Assembly (NCBI RefSeq): GCF_009914755.1
Contig: NC_060935.1
Strand: one strand, 5' to 3'
Length of the DNA: 64,000 bases
Source: the human T2T-CHM13v2.0 reference genome, Homo sapiens
Part shown: piece by piece, positions 1 to 13,654 of the stretch
Position numbering within the stretch: position 1 is the first letter of the stretch
Layout of the letters: each line of letters opens with the position of its first letter
Made by a program: the position numbers and the translations under genes
The notes under the pieces: model-generated
What the model was told of the DNA's origin: nothing
What the model saw: the letters and a program-made list of their open reading frames with translations, nothing else
Database searches by the model: none

Positions 1-2349
1 AACAATGGAGTAATCATCAAATGAGTCACTAAGAAACACATGGCTGCTCCCCATCCATCCCCACTCTACACCTCCAAGAACAGCTAAGCGGCAGGTCCAG
101 AAATGTCTTCCCTTAGAGTAGAAATCAGTTTTACTTTAGAGAAAAGGGCTCTCTAGTTAACCAGAGAGTATTGCTTCTGAGAGAAGAAACAACTGTAGCA
201 GCCCCAGCTCCCAGCACATGGCTAAACACACAAGTCAATCAACAAATGTTGAGTGAATTAAATTTTTCCAAATTTCAAGCAACTTTCCTCCCTTCACCCC
301 CATCCAACACAAATTCATTAACTTGAACTGTGTGGGTTTTGTTGTGTGTGTTTGTTCCCTCCATTAGATTTATGACTTGATGAAAAGGACCTTACTGATG
401 GCGGAAATTGGCCAGGACAACACATGTGGAAAACACAGGCCAGGCCAAATGGACAAGCAGTGGTTCTGCTGTAGCGGGAACTGAAGAATGAGACTGACTA
501 GGAGGCCCCCAGAATCTTCTCAACATGAAAGCTGGGACAGTGGGATGCCAGTGTGAGGTGACAGCCAAGGACGACAGCAGAAAGCCTGAAAAAGAAGTTC
601 CTTGAGTCTGCCTCCCATAACTACACAAGCCCTGGCAGTGTGGTCTGGACAGGACTGCTGAGCTGACAATTCTCCACGTAGGTTTCTGCTTCCTGTCAGG
701 GGGCAGGCACTTCTGGGTTCTCACTTGTTCTCTCCCAGGAAAGCAGCTAGAATTACTTTTGCCTTTCCACCTCAATGCCATCTCCACAAGCCCAGTCCAC
801 GTGCTGTTGGGGCCCCATCAGAGGTGCCTGGCTCTGCCCCTCTGGCTGTGAGACTCAAGTGCTAGATCTCTTTAAAAAAAGGGTTCACATCCCAGCTGGG
901 GGAAACCATCCCTGTCCACTTAGGACACTTGCATTTGGACTTGATCAGCTCCAGAGAAGGCACAGCATTGTCTTTGGAGCCAAAGGATTCAGATGTAAAA
1001 GTCAGAACTTTATCCTATAAAGTGTGGAATTGTAGTTTAAAAAGAAAAAAAAAGTCAAACTCCCTTCTATAACTAAGTGAACAGTTGGCAAAGATTGTCT
1101 TTTTCGGTTGTGTGAGCATTGCTCTTAAGTGATGACTAATCATGCTCAAAAATGTATATTAAATAGAAAATAAACTCACCATATAAAATACTAATTCAAA
1201 AATTCTCTTCATGTTGTTTGCAGATTGTAGCAGTTCTGTTCAATATACTCATCAAAAACAATGACAAAATCATTACACGGGTGAAAAATCTGACATGACT
1301 TAGCCTAAGCAGATATCGCTTTACTCTTAAAATACTTTACTTCATCACCTATTATAATATTTTTACATTAGGTACAAAATATTTCTAATTTTAGAATCAG
1401 TGTCTGAAAGTTAATCACTACCTCCATAGACATTAACTAATTATATTTTATGGAAAAATACTGAAATCTCCTTTGTGCTAATAATTACAATATCTTAAAT
1501 TCAAATAACATATTTGTTTCAAAATGCTGAGAATCCGGCCTGGAGAAACACTACGCCAACACAGTGGAGATTCTAAACACAACGCACTGGAAAATGAGGA
1601 CATAAATATATTGCAATTATATTAGATTTCCTGCCCACTGATTATTCCTTGGGACCCCAAATTTCAGTTAATATTTATAGGAATTCCCCTAGACCTCTGA
1701 AAGGACAGTTGTGCAGAAGCTGGTGATTAAATAACCATTGCAGGAGATTGCACAGTATTTAGACAGAAGTGAGCAGGTAGCTTTCTCTGAATCTACAGAA
1801 GAATAAGCTAGTGGCATTTTGAATGCAGGGAAACATCTGCTCATTTTTCATTGTGGCCTAACCCTGAACCACCTCATAGATGTTTCAAGTGAAATGTAAA
1901 ACAAGGGTTTCCATTCACTTACATGTAACTCAAAGTTAAGGGCTGTTCAGTTTCCAAGAACCTTCCAGGGTGTTTCATGTGTCTTTTCATACCACTCTTT
2001 TCAGTTCTTTGAAACCGAATGGCTCTTACCAACAATGGTACACAGAATCTAAACACTAGGTGGCTTTTGTTTGGCAAGAAGTTCAAGACATCTGGCCTTA
2101 CTGACCTCACGAGTTTATGCTCTCACTATTCTCAATCAATGATCATGTGAAGACTGGAGCGTCTGGGATCCTAGGGTTAGGAGATGAGGGATACAGCCAA
2201 GGACAAGAAATCCAAGGTGCATGTCCCAGTTTTGCATGACCATTGAACTGGGCCCAACCCCATCAGATTATGATACCAGTCATGTGTGTTGGGTATGGTC
2301 ACACTCAATAGCAGCATGAAAGAAATACTAAGAGTGAGTAATATGCCTT

Positions 2350-2590
2350 ATACCTGAGAAATGCTTTACAGTTTGCCAAGACTCTTCACATACACTATTC
2401 CAAAATATCCTCTAAACATAAAACTGGAGGGGCCTGGAAAGGTATCACAAGGTCCCCATTTCACAGATGAGGAAATCAAGGCCCTGGGAGATCAAGAGCT
2501 TGACCTAAAGTCACAAGGCCAAGAGGGACCAGCTGGGGCTAGAAGCCAGTCTTCTAACTCTTAAAGTTCAGGGTCTTTCTCTCTATTCCA
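2350..2590 (-). mobile_element. MIR SINE
   Basis: MIR core ccccatttcacagatgaggaaatcaaggcc...aagtcaca. Confidence 0.75.
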
Positions 2591-3224
2591 CTGCAAACAG
2601 AAATGGATCAGATATCCAGGAAAACTAACATTTTTCAGAGCTGAGAAAAAAAAAATGGGACTTTTCCTTTCTTATTTTGAAAGATTTTAGGAGTGATTAA
2701 AAACTTAAAACTATTCCAAGAAACCCAGGGTTTCATACAGCTAGCCCCGTAAGAACATAATTAAGAGCCATTTACAGAATCAACTATAATCTTTTCTTTT
2801 CCTGGCACTCAGGCAACTGAGGCTTCCTTCCATATGAAGCAAATGAGTTAAGTGAAAACCTGGCTTCCTTCTCTGTCCAACCCTGACTCAACCTAATGGG
2901 TAACTTTGCATATAACAGAAGTTTAATTTGTTACATAAAGGCTTACTGAAATATATTTTTTAAAGTAAAAGTAAACCAAGAATAAACCTTCTGGTCCACA
3001 TGGAGAGGATAAAAGAACAGTTCTCCAAACTGAAAGATAGGATTCTAAAGACAAAGAAAAAAGAGAGAGAGGGGCGTGCATTGTTGATAACTTGTTGATC
3101 AAAATCCATAGGTTCTGATTTCACATACGCCATTAGTGTAGACACACTGGATAAGTCACTTACTCAATTCACTTTGAAAAGAGGTCTGTTCATAGGTGGT
3201 GTCTATATCCCTCATAGAGTTTTA

Positions 3225-3430
3225 CATTTTTTATTTGGCAATTTTCAAACATACATAAAAGTAGAGAGAAACTCTACTCAAAATTTATCAATACTACCCG
3301 TTTTTATTTCATCTTCCACACACATGCACACCCATACACACACGCAGAAGAATTATACACCTAATCCCAGACAACAAGTCATTTCACCCACAAATATTTC
3401 ATTGTCACAAGGATATTTTTTAGATAAAGG
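3225..3430 (-). mobile_element. Old L1 (L1MC-like) 3' end fragment
   Basis: ttttatttggcaattttcaaacatacataaaagtagagag...aatcccagaca...catttcacccacaaatatttc resembles the L1MC 3' UTR. Confidence 0.5.
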
Positions 3431-6400
3431 GAGATCATAGAGTTAAAGTTCAATAAGAGGCAAATAAACTCAAGGAAAAAGAAAAAAAGCCTTCAAGTTA
3501 CTTTCTCTCATGCTTAAATCTAGGTCTATATTTCATGCATTGGCCCACTTGAACCACAGAACTTCTTTCAAAGCAACACTGTCATGATCTGGAAAGTGCC
3601 AATGTTGGATCACAGAGATGATTTCAAATCAAGATGGTAAGCCAGTTCCAGGGACTTCCATTTCCTACAAGCAGAAGGCTGCAGTGATATTTCCTCTTAA
3701 TGGTCAACATCCTCATGAACTTACAACTGTAACTAAAGTGTACAAAACAAATAAAAAGGCTCGGAGTTCTGGCCAGCACAGAAGGGCAGTGTGAAAGGTA
3801 ATATCATTGCCAAACTGCCGACAACAAGTCCCAGTTTAGGAGATAAGGTGCCTTTACCCCTTCAGACCAACACAAATAGAGAAATGGCTGCAGCCACACT
3901 GACGGCTCTGCTTCTGAAGTTGATGACCCCTGGAGGGTGGTCACTGGTCTACAAGAGGATTCTCCTGATAAAAAAGCTAATGATCTCAGAAGAATGTGCA
4001 AAGGAATCTCAAAGAAAGACAGTCTCTATTGCCCTCTCTCATTCATATAAAGGCAGGGTTGAAGTAGAGTAGAAGGGAGTGGTAAGTGATTCCTGTGATA
4101 GGCACTAGAAACCGGGCAGGCAGGACTTCCAGCTTAGGGAGGTACTATAATCCACAAAGCTTCTGGCTAAGGTTAATGCAAAGAAGGGAGGGAAGTGTCC
4201 CTCCTCAGCCCCTCGGCTGTATTTTCATAAACCCAATGATGTGACAACACAATGGGGGACACGCAGGACTCTTGGCTCCAGCAAGAGTGAAGCAATAAAT
4301 GACTCAGTGCCCATGCTGAGGCCACCCATCCCAACCAAACCGTCTATTATTGTCCCAAACAACAGGACACTATGAGACCTGGAAGAGACTCATATGAGTT
4401 AGGAAACATACAACTGGGTTTCTGAACTTCTTTTAATACCTAACCCTTTCGAAGTCACCAGCCAGTAAAAACCACTGCAAAGAAGGGAGAAGAAGCTGCA
4501 GAGAAAATCCCCAATTCACCCTCCAGTGACCTGACTGACCAAAAATGCAAGCCAGTCTCAAGTTACAGTATCTCGGTTTGCTGCCAATGCACACAGTCAC
4601 TAGGGAAAGCACGCTCTTTGGGTACAATGTGCCAACTCAGAGGAGATGCCTCTCCCCAGAGGGAAGCTGCCCTAAGACAAAAGAGATGGTCTCCTGCAAG
4701 GCAGCTCCAAATTGCATGGAGAAGCTGGTTTCAGGTCCTGCAGCCAGGCCTGAGAAAGAAGCCTGTAGAGAGGGCTCAGCACACTGAACATCTGTAGGAA
4801 GTGACCTCAGACTTCTCCCTCTTCCCTTCATCCACCTCCTGCCCCATCCCCCAAAAGGAGTTTTAACACATTATTACCACTGAAGTCCTGAGGATTTGGT
4901 GACTCACCAGGCTCACACATGGTTCCAATGAGCCCTTGACCATTACATGGTAGGGAAGCAGGAAAAACAAATGAAAGCAGTTGTAATTCGGCAGCGCCGG
5001 AGTTCAGACCTGCCAGACAAAAGGGATTGCAGGCATGTTCCCAAATTCGTTCAGGCACCTGACATGCACAAGCTATTTTTAATCACTGGATTTATTTCTT
5101 TCCTACCTCCTCCACCATCCTCCACCTCAGCAAATGTTTCGAAGTCAGAGCAAAACCCAAATCAATTCCAGGTGTTCAGGGAAACCCAGAGAGGCTCTTC
5201 CGTTCCAGGATCCCAGCCAGAAAGCAGAACTGCCCCCTGGGTCCTGTAGCTAAATTTTCTCGCTCATTCCTTAGACTAGTTCAAATCTCCCACCCTAAAC
5301 ATTGGGCAAATGGCCTAAAATAGGAAATACATGAATGAATGTGTCCTGCTGGAAAGGCTTTTAAATATGTGTTTTTCTCTAGCAGCCTGGCAAGTGAAGG
5401 TACATAAACCAGGTCTCAAAGCCCCTCAGATGAAGCTCGCTTTCATTCTCTAGGATGCTCTACCCACCATGCTGTGAGGATTAAGTGGACTATGTGTGAC
5501 AATGCCAAAGCTTAAGACATAGTAGGTGCTCAACAAATCATTGGCTACTTGATTATACTGAAAAGCATCTTATAAAATATAAAGACTTAAAAAAAAAGAT
5601 TTTATTTCCCAATGCTTACAGAAACATCAAGAAGGAATCTGGCAATTTCTCCAGGTACAAATAAGCGACTGAGAAAATAAGAAAAACAAATGCAAAAATC
5701 AGATTCTGAGATATAAATGGAAATTGACATCCCCTGAAACTGGCATTTTTTTCTAACAGAATAGACTAATTTCTTACCTATTCTGCATCCTCCAATCTGC
5801 TAACGGGAAATACTTTTTGCAGCAATAAGCATCTAAAATATGTTTGCCGTGACACTTCAGAACTACATGAATCCAATGCACCTAAGATGCCTTTTGGTTG
5901 CAAAAACGTCCTAAGAGTTCCACTTTAGAATCAATATGGCACAAAGCAAAAGTATAATTTTATGCTAAGAACTCTTTTCTATGTGTTTGGAATCTGCCAA
6001 AACCCAAGCTGCGTTTTAATTGTCATTTATGGGCCTCTAAATTAACGACACTCAAGCAATTTAAAAGGAAGTTTTAGCTATTGAGATTATGATTCCTGTG
6101 TGCAAGGACCACCTCCATAGGGTACATTAAAGAATCATTTAAGCTTCTTAAATGATCATTTCAAGCCATTTACAAAGTACTTCACATGTTTCAAAGCATT
6201 TCCTGCATAGATAATTACACCTGACTCCCACCACATGACATACTTTATAGTTCCTAAATGTCCCAGAACAGTGTGACTTCTTTATCTGAAAAACACAGAG
6301 CCATGGTCTCTACATTACTCAGGAGGAAAGAATGAGTTGGGCTCTTTCGTCTCCATGGCTTTGCAGAGAACCACATTGCATCCTATTGGTTCTTCCCACA

Positions 6401-6699
6401 TCTTACACTTCTGAATGAGGAAAACTCCTGCCCTGCCTTCACTAAAATTCTCATGACAGGATCATACGGCTTTTGGTACCAACATGACATAGGATAACCC
6501 CATCCAGGAAGACAATGGAGAATATCTGACAACTACATCTTGCTATAATCCCAGCTTCCACTAATTCTGGTTTACATAATAGCCTTTGAGGCCTCATCCT
6601 CTGAGATCTTGCAGATGCTGATGAATTGGGCTAACCAATTTATTTTAATTTCACTTAACTCCCACCTATAATTATCATTCCTGCTATTTGACTAGAACT

Positions 6700-6900
6700 G
6701 TATCTTTTAGAAAGCATTTTCTTGAATATTCTCATATGATTTTTCAAAACAAGCACTTGTAGTATTATCTTTATCATGTAGGTGAGGAAACTGAGGCTCA
6801 CAAATGTTTCTTAAGTGACTTAACTAAGATTATCAAACCAGTAAAGTGATATAACAAGGATTCAATCCCACATCTTCAGACACGCAAGCCACGTGTTTTC
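6700..6900 (-). mobile_element. MIR SINE
   Basis: gtaggtgaggaaactgaggctcac...aagtgactt...ggattcaatccca. Confidence 0.7.
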
Positions 6901-8449
6901 TCCCTGCACCTATTCACAGAATTAAAAGCAAATGAGGCAAAAATGATGGGGCATGATAACATTTCTTTTTTCATTTTCTCCAACATTTTCATTCTAGAAA
7001 AAGCTCTTTCTGTAGCAGGGAAGAACCTCAATCCCCGAGACTCTCTACCGACAGCAGGCTCCATTGCACGTCCTACCCAGAACTGGCCTGGTCAAACCTC
7101 GGCTCGGGGCCCACTTGGCACTTGGTCGGGGGGTAAAACAGGCATCGGGAGAGTGGTGCTGAGAATCACCAAGAAGGCCAGGCTGGGCAAGGTGTACGAT
7201 GAGGAGTTTTCTCCATGGGCAAATGAAAAATCTGGGCAAACAAATGGAGTAGAGCCCGTTTATTTAGGCTGGAAGAGGTAAAGTTTTTCTGCACTTTTGA
7301 ACTGTTTTCTCAAGGCCTGCCTCTCCCTCCCACGCAGGAAACAAACACAGAGACAGGCCTCTTCCAGTGAGGGCTTCAGTTGTTCAAAGTTAGCCCGGGA
7401 AGGGCAGAAGGAAGAAAGGCTTAGAGAAAGGAAGGAGGAACGGGGGCTAGGAAGGTGGTGCAGTGGCCATGGGGGTAGCCGCCAAGGGAGAAGGCTGGAG
7501 CTGGGATCAGACAGAGGAGGAGAGCTGGCCAAGAAGGGAGGAGAGAGGGAAGAAAGCAGGAAGCAGAGAAAGGGAATATTGGAAAATTGTAAACCAGAAC
7601 AAAGAAACAGAATGCAGAGTGGCAATGGCCTGGGAAGAGGCAACAACCGACTCCCAATTAATGATGTTCAGAAAGCAACATTTTTTCATCAATTTTGAAA
7701 GGAAATTCTCTCTCAACTTTCTTATTTATTTATACATTATATAAATACATTTTTAAACCAAAAAAGGACCGTTTTTCCAATGGGAAAAAGTCTTGTTTGA
7801 GATGAAAGCCAGTCTTCAAAAACTTCTTAGAGGAAGCTGAAACCCCACATGTCTCGGTGCTACAGAAAGAAAAACAAAGTGGACATTCTTCCTGCGTTCT
7901 AAGGCTTTTTTATGCAGATGTGTTTTTCTTTTAATAAATAAATCTGGACTGAGAAGGAAAAAGCATACTCATACACATTCACACAGTGCAACTGTCTGTT
8001 TTCAACCCAGGGAAACCACAATGAAAAATAAGAATACGCAAGTCCATTTTCCCAGTACATCAGACAAGGATTCTCAATATTGGCAGCCACAGGCACTGAA
8101 GCAACACAGTATGCGTGCACACCCTGCTCCAGCTTCCAGATCCACAGAGGAGTACTTGATGATGAGTGGTCATGAGGGGCAGGGCAGGACCTGAAGAACG
8201 ACCACCATACTTCCCCAGAAGTCTTCTCACTTAAGACATTTGGTTGCCCCATCCTTTTTGAGCTACACAATTTCACTTATAAGCCAAAATGATTATTTAA
8301 AAATGATTAGACACAACGAGTTTAAATCTGCCTTCTTATGAATTCTATCAATAGGCCCTTGCTTTGCTTGTTGAGAGATCAGCAGCACAAAGCAAATTTG
8401 TCCTTATCTGGCAGCTTTTCCCCTGCTTTCTTCCTCCTATCATCACTTC

Positions 8450-9200
8450 CGTCCAGGTTTCCAAACTCCGTGGTTCCTTCAACCATTCATGTTGGCATGG
8501 TTTTTGGCCACTCCCCTCGCTCCACCTAGAAGCATTCCTCTAAGCCTATGTTCCTGAAGAGCATCACAAGCATTCATAGGTGAACATCGTGCTTCTCAGA
8601 AGTTAAATGGGAACAATGAGATGATCATCTTACTCCATAAGCTTTGACTGGTGCAGACTAAGACAACACTGATCTAACAGCCTAACTACAAAAGCCACTC
8701 AAAGGACATTGCCAGGACCTCTCCATAGAAAGTGATACTGAACCAGTTCTGTACCTATTGACTGAATTTTATTAACTTCACAACAGGGCTTCACATTTAT
8801 CCATATTAACTTCACTTTGTTTCGATCCATGTTTCTAAGAACTTTTTTATACCTTGAATCTGTGCTCATCCTATTAGCCGTCATTCTCAGCTTTGCACCA
8901 TCTGCAATGCACTAAGTGTGCTTTCTGTGTCTTTCTCTATTCTAAGCCCCTAATAAAAATGTTGAAAAGGCAACCAGCAAGTACTGATCCCCATAACATA
9001 ACATCAGAGACCATGCATTACTCTGACACTGACACATTAATCAAGACCCGTTGGGTATAGTTGCTCAACCAGTTACAAATCCTCCTGACTTTACTATCAT
9101 TAGATCCACATATCTTTGTCTTGACCACAAATATATCATGGAAAGACTCAGACAAAAGCATTACTGGAATCAAAATATGAGGTTACAATATTCAGTTGGT
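8450..9200 (-). mobile_element. L3/CR1 LINE fragment (RT region)
   Basis: taataaaaatgttgaa...cacattaatcaagacccgttgggtatagttgctcaaccagttacaaatcc...actatcat...ccacat resembles the antisense L3 consensus. Confidence 0.6.
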
Positions 9201-9340
9201 CTCCCACTTGTGGAGCCAGTTCTCCCCTCGAGTTTCTAAGCATCTGGCAAGTGAAAGGTGGCTGATAGTACAAATGGTTGAGCTGGAATTCAGACCCCTG
9301 TACAGTGAAATAAAGAAAGACAGAGAAAGGGGGTGGGGTG

Positions 9341-9367
9341 GAGAGAGAGAGAGAGAGAGAAAGAGAG
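9341..9367 (+). repeat. (GA)n microsatellite
   Basis: (GA)10 at 9341-9360 plus an imperfect extension. Confidence 0.95.
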
Positions 9368-12300
9368 CTGCAGCCACAGCATTGCTTTGCTTCTAGAAAC
9401 AATGGGCAGTTAGAGAACAATGGCTACAGACAAAGTCTTGGTCTATTTATATCTGCCACTGTTAGTCCCAGACAGGAGGAACTGGAAGTCTGCCCTGTAT
9501 GCACAGCTCCAACTGGACCCAAGTTGGGAGGAAGATGAGGTCACCAAGAAGGCTGCCTGCTTAGAAATGGGCTTCTTTTTTCTTCGTATAGTTGCTTCTT
9601 AGCCTAGAGGTTCTCTTAAGCTTGCTTGCCTTCTGCTAAAATACAGCCACTGCTGAGAAGGGAGAGATGAGAAAAGTAACTGCTGCTCTGCCCAGCCCAA
9701 AGCAATTAAGGCCTCTCTGTACAGAGGTTGCAGGAAGGTGGGAACGCCAAGGAAAAAATAACCAATCGATGGAGGTCAACTCTATGGTTTCTGAAACAAC
9801 AGTCTTATTAGGTCTGTTAATTATACATGTTTAGGAGCACTATAAAGGAGCTTTTCCCTGGGAAAGTTCCCTCCTCATTTCTTTGGAGACAAATAAAGAG
9901 GCCAAGAGCTGAAATTCACAGATATGTATGCATTACATCTCAGGGACAATCTCTTCTTCCCTTTATTTCAGCCCCTTTTTGATGGTATCTCTATTTTCTG
10001 GAATTTCATCTTTTGCTCTAACATGGCTTTGGAGAGATACTCAATTTTAATCCTTCCCAAACTGTGTTACTTGTATCCTTAATCCTCCTACAGCCTTACT
10101 AAAAAGAGCCACCAGTAGATTAGCCTGTGACAGACACCAAACTGAACATGAGGAGAGCCTGGGCTGGGGAGGAAGGAACAGGGAGGGAGGCACAGGCCGT
10201 GAGCCCCTGCAGGCATCTCCTCCTGCATGCCTTCATTGTGAGTTTCCACCGACAGCCCTTAGCATTAATGCGCAACCAACAGTAAGCAACTGCACCCTCT
10301 GGATCCAGTCCAACCTTATAGCCTTAAGAATCCCACGTGCAAAGCTGGAATCTCCCAGAGGCAAGAAATTCAGGGCTCAACAAAGAGATCCCCTGAGCAG
10401 TAACTTCAGATTTCCACTCATGCCTCAAGTTCCTGTCACTAACTTCCCACCTTGTTCCTGGAAAACCAACATGTAAGGAGATATACAAATCTAAATAAGA
10501 TTTTTTTTCTCTTTTTCCTTTAAATAGCTTAAAATATTTTACAGACAACATCCCAGATAATGTCAACCCATTGGGAGGGAACTAGTAGCAAACAGTTAAA
10601 TGTTTTATAACTTAAAATTTTAAGCACAGAGCAGGCACATGCTGGATACTGCTAGGGCCAACGAACCCTAGGAGCCAAGAAATGGTTAAAAGGGATGCAT
10701 CACGTTCCTTCCCCAGCCCCACATGCTCTTCATCAACTTCATAAGTGTGTCAAGATGCTCAGGGTCCAGACCATCTGGAGGGTGCGCTCATAAACTTGAA
10801 CTACCAGGACAACAGATAATGTGCACAAGCCCATAACAAGCAAACATACTAGTACATCTTTCATGCTATGCAAATGGTGGAGACTGAAATTCAGATGAAA
10901 CATTGGACCACCTAAAATAGACCAAACTGTGAAGATCTAAGTGAGTGATCTATAGGTCACCTGACCTGGTACGGTACTTCATTCAAACACTGCTTCCTTG
11001 ACTCCTCCCCTATCCCCTGCTCCCAACAGACTAATTATTCCCTTCTCTAAGGGCCCTGCTGAATCATCCCAGTGTAATTCACAAGAGCCACATGGGAACC
11101 ACATGGTAGGAGTCAGGAGAAGGCAGAGAGACACACATTCTTACCCTAAAGCAAGGCTGACATCAGAGAAGATGTAGAAATCCCCACCCTGAGCATGTTG
11201 GTAAGCACATGAGATGGCCGTCCCTCTGCCTATCACAGGCTCCAAAAAATACCAGCACGCCAGCTAAACACACCAAAAACCGATGGTGCCGCCCCAACAT
11301 GGCACATCTAATGGAATTCAGGCCCCACACAGTGCAGTAAATCTAAATATATGTCCCTAATGAGGAGTCAGAAATCCTGAGACTTCGGGGATTTAGGCAA
11401 TAATTGTGGGGACCCAGCTCAAGTTTCCTGCACTAAAAAGGAGGGGCCTAGAGAGATAAGCTTTGAAGGGAGCATGCTTATGCTCCCTAAACCATTACGC
11501 TCACTGCTAAACCTATCATACGAGCCTACTCCAAGGTTTGTGTAGACCTACCTAATCTATAATTTTGGCCTCTATATCTCTTTGGCTTTGGCCTTTTTTA
11601 TGGCCTGGAGCAATAACTATCAGCCCGAGTCCTCTCCTGGTGTGTTCACACATTTCCCTGCCTCTGTCCCTCTATCCCGCCCTCACTATAGCTATAGGAT
11701 GCATAAAGCCTTATCCAGGACCAAAAAGCAGAAAAGAGGAATTTACAGAATTTGCTATAAAACTTTAACAACTCCTTGGAGGGATGTTCTCTTTCCTTGC
11801 AACCAGACATAGTTATAAAATGGATGAAAAGTGGAGAGAAGGAGGAGCCAAGCTCTGCCACTGGTCAGGGGTCTTACACTATTCCTGGAATACAGAATTA
11901 GAAGACGCTTTCGATGTCATCTAGTTCAAACCTTTTCTTTTACTGGTGGGTAAAATGAAGCTCAAGGTGACATCAACTTGCCTTAAGTCACTGGTTACTA
12001 ATTCTAGAACTCTGGCTCCCTCTCAGGATTTTTTTTTCCTCTACATCATTGCTGTTTACTTACAACAGTGGACTGGGAGGGAGAGGCTTTCTCCTATATC
12101 TTCACTACTATCAAGTCCTGGTTCATCATTCTGGATAAACACTACTCCTCCCCAAGTTATTAAGAATCACAGAGGAATGAGCCATCCAAAGATCTAATAA
12201 ATATGATGGGATTTTACAGATTCATGATGCTATCCACTCCTATTTCAGGTTATAAGTCTGGAATACCAATGGTCAGACTCTAAGGTGGAAAAGCTTCCTC

Positions 12301-13473
12301 CTAGCAAAGATCCTTGTTGCATACCAGGGATATTAAGCAACTTTCAACAGTCAACTCCGATAGCATGATACCATGGTGTCTGATGGCTCTGAAATTTGAG
12401 GGTGCTATTCCTGTCAATCCAGAAAGAGTGAAGACTGCAGTTAACTTCAGTGATCTATGAACCTTTATCTAAAAAGCACTGAAAGGCAGAGTGCCTCATA
12501 TCATTTAAAGGTTTTACACCACTACCCTTCTAGTCCTGCTGGTATTCCAAATAGGGTCACTGAGCCATGGTGATAGGGTTGAGGGAATACAACAAACCCC
12601 ACTGACAAAGCCAGAACTTAATATCAGGGGCACTGGCCAGTAAGTTGAATCTGATCTATCTAATTAATGAAGCTATCTGTTGACCCCCAGAAAGGCCATG
12701 GCCTGAAGTAACACAAGCAGCTCTAGTTGTGAAGGCAAATGCAGTCGGAATGCAGAGACCTAAGGGTTCCAGGAAAGATCCACCTCATTGTGATCTCTTC
12801 TAGACCCCACAGATTTTTTTCTTCTCCTTCCCAATGGGCTTCTCTTTAATGGCCCCAAACACCCAATCTTCAGCATTCTATTGTTCCTGCTGCTGCCCCA
12901 GAGTCTCGCCCACACGGACCCAGGGCAGACAGCCTCAGACGCCTCTCCCAGTAGCAAGCCCAAGAGGGTGGTAAGTCGCCAGGCAGACCCAATCTCCAGA
13001 TCAATGGGCGAGACCAACCAATGGGTGGCGAGCAGACAAAAAGTGATCAATGCAAAAGGCGGAGGGAGCTTAAGCCACTCTCCATCTGCCTGGGTAGGTG
13101 AGAAAGGGAGAGACTGGGATGTGCAGCCCTCATCCGCTGCTAATAAATGGCTCTGCCTCATCAGGAAGCCATTAGGAAATTGCAGCCACCACAGCCCCAA
13201 GCTCCCCGGACTGAACTGTCTGCATGCAGCTGGTGAAAGCGCTCATTATCTCTGTCCAGACGACACTAGCTCACTACACAGTGGAGCCTAACCAATGAGC
13301 CCTCAGAATAAACCCTGGGCTTGAGTGGTGAGGAAGGAGGGACTGAAAAAGTCCCTTGAGATTGGGGAGATGCAGCGCTCCCCCAGGTGTGTGCTCCAAG
13401 CTCCAGATCAGGAATACGAGCCCTTCTCCTCACATCCCAGCTGGACAGCATTCTTTTTTTCAGAAAGAGCTAC

Positions 13474-13654
13474 TGACTGCTCATGAGCATGGGGCTTCTT
13501 TTGGGAGTGATGAAAACATTCTGGAATTAGACGTTGATGATGATGGCACAACTCTGTGAATGTACTGGAATGCACTGACATGTACACTTTAAGATGGTAA
13601 ATTTTATGTTATATCAATTATATCTCAATTTAAAAAAAAGTAAATGTTAGAGAG
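13474..13654 (+). mobile_element. L1MB-type 3' terminal fragment flanked by the direct repeat AGAAAGAGCTACTG (13462-13475, 13655-13668)
   Basis: tgactgct...ggggcttcttttgggagtgatgaaaacattctggaattag...tgtacactttaa...tatatctcaatt plus A-tail. Confidence 0.85.
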
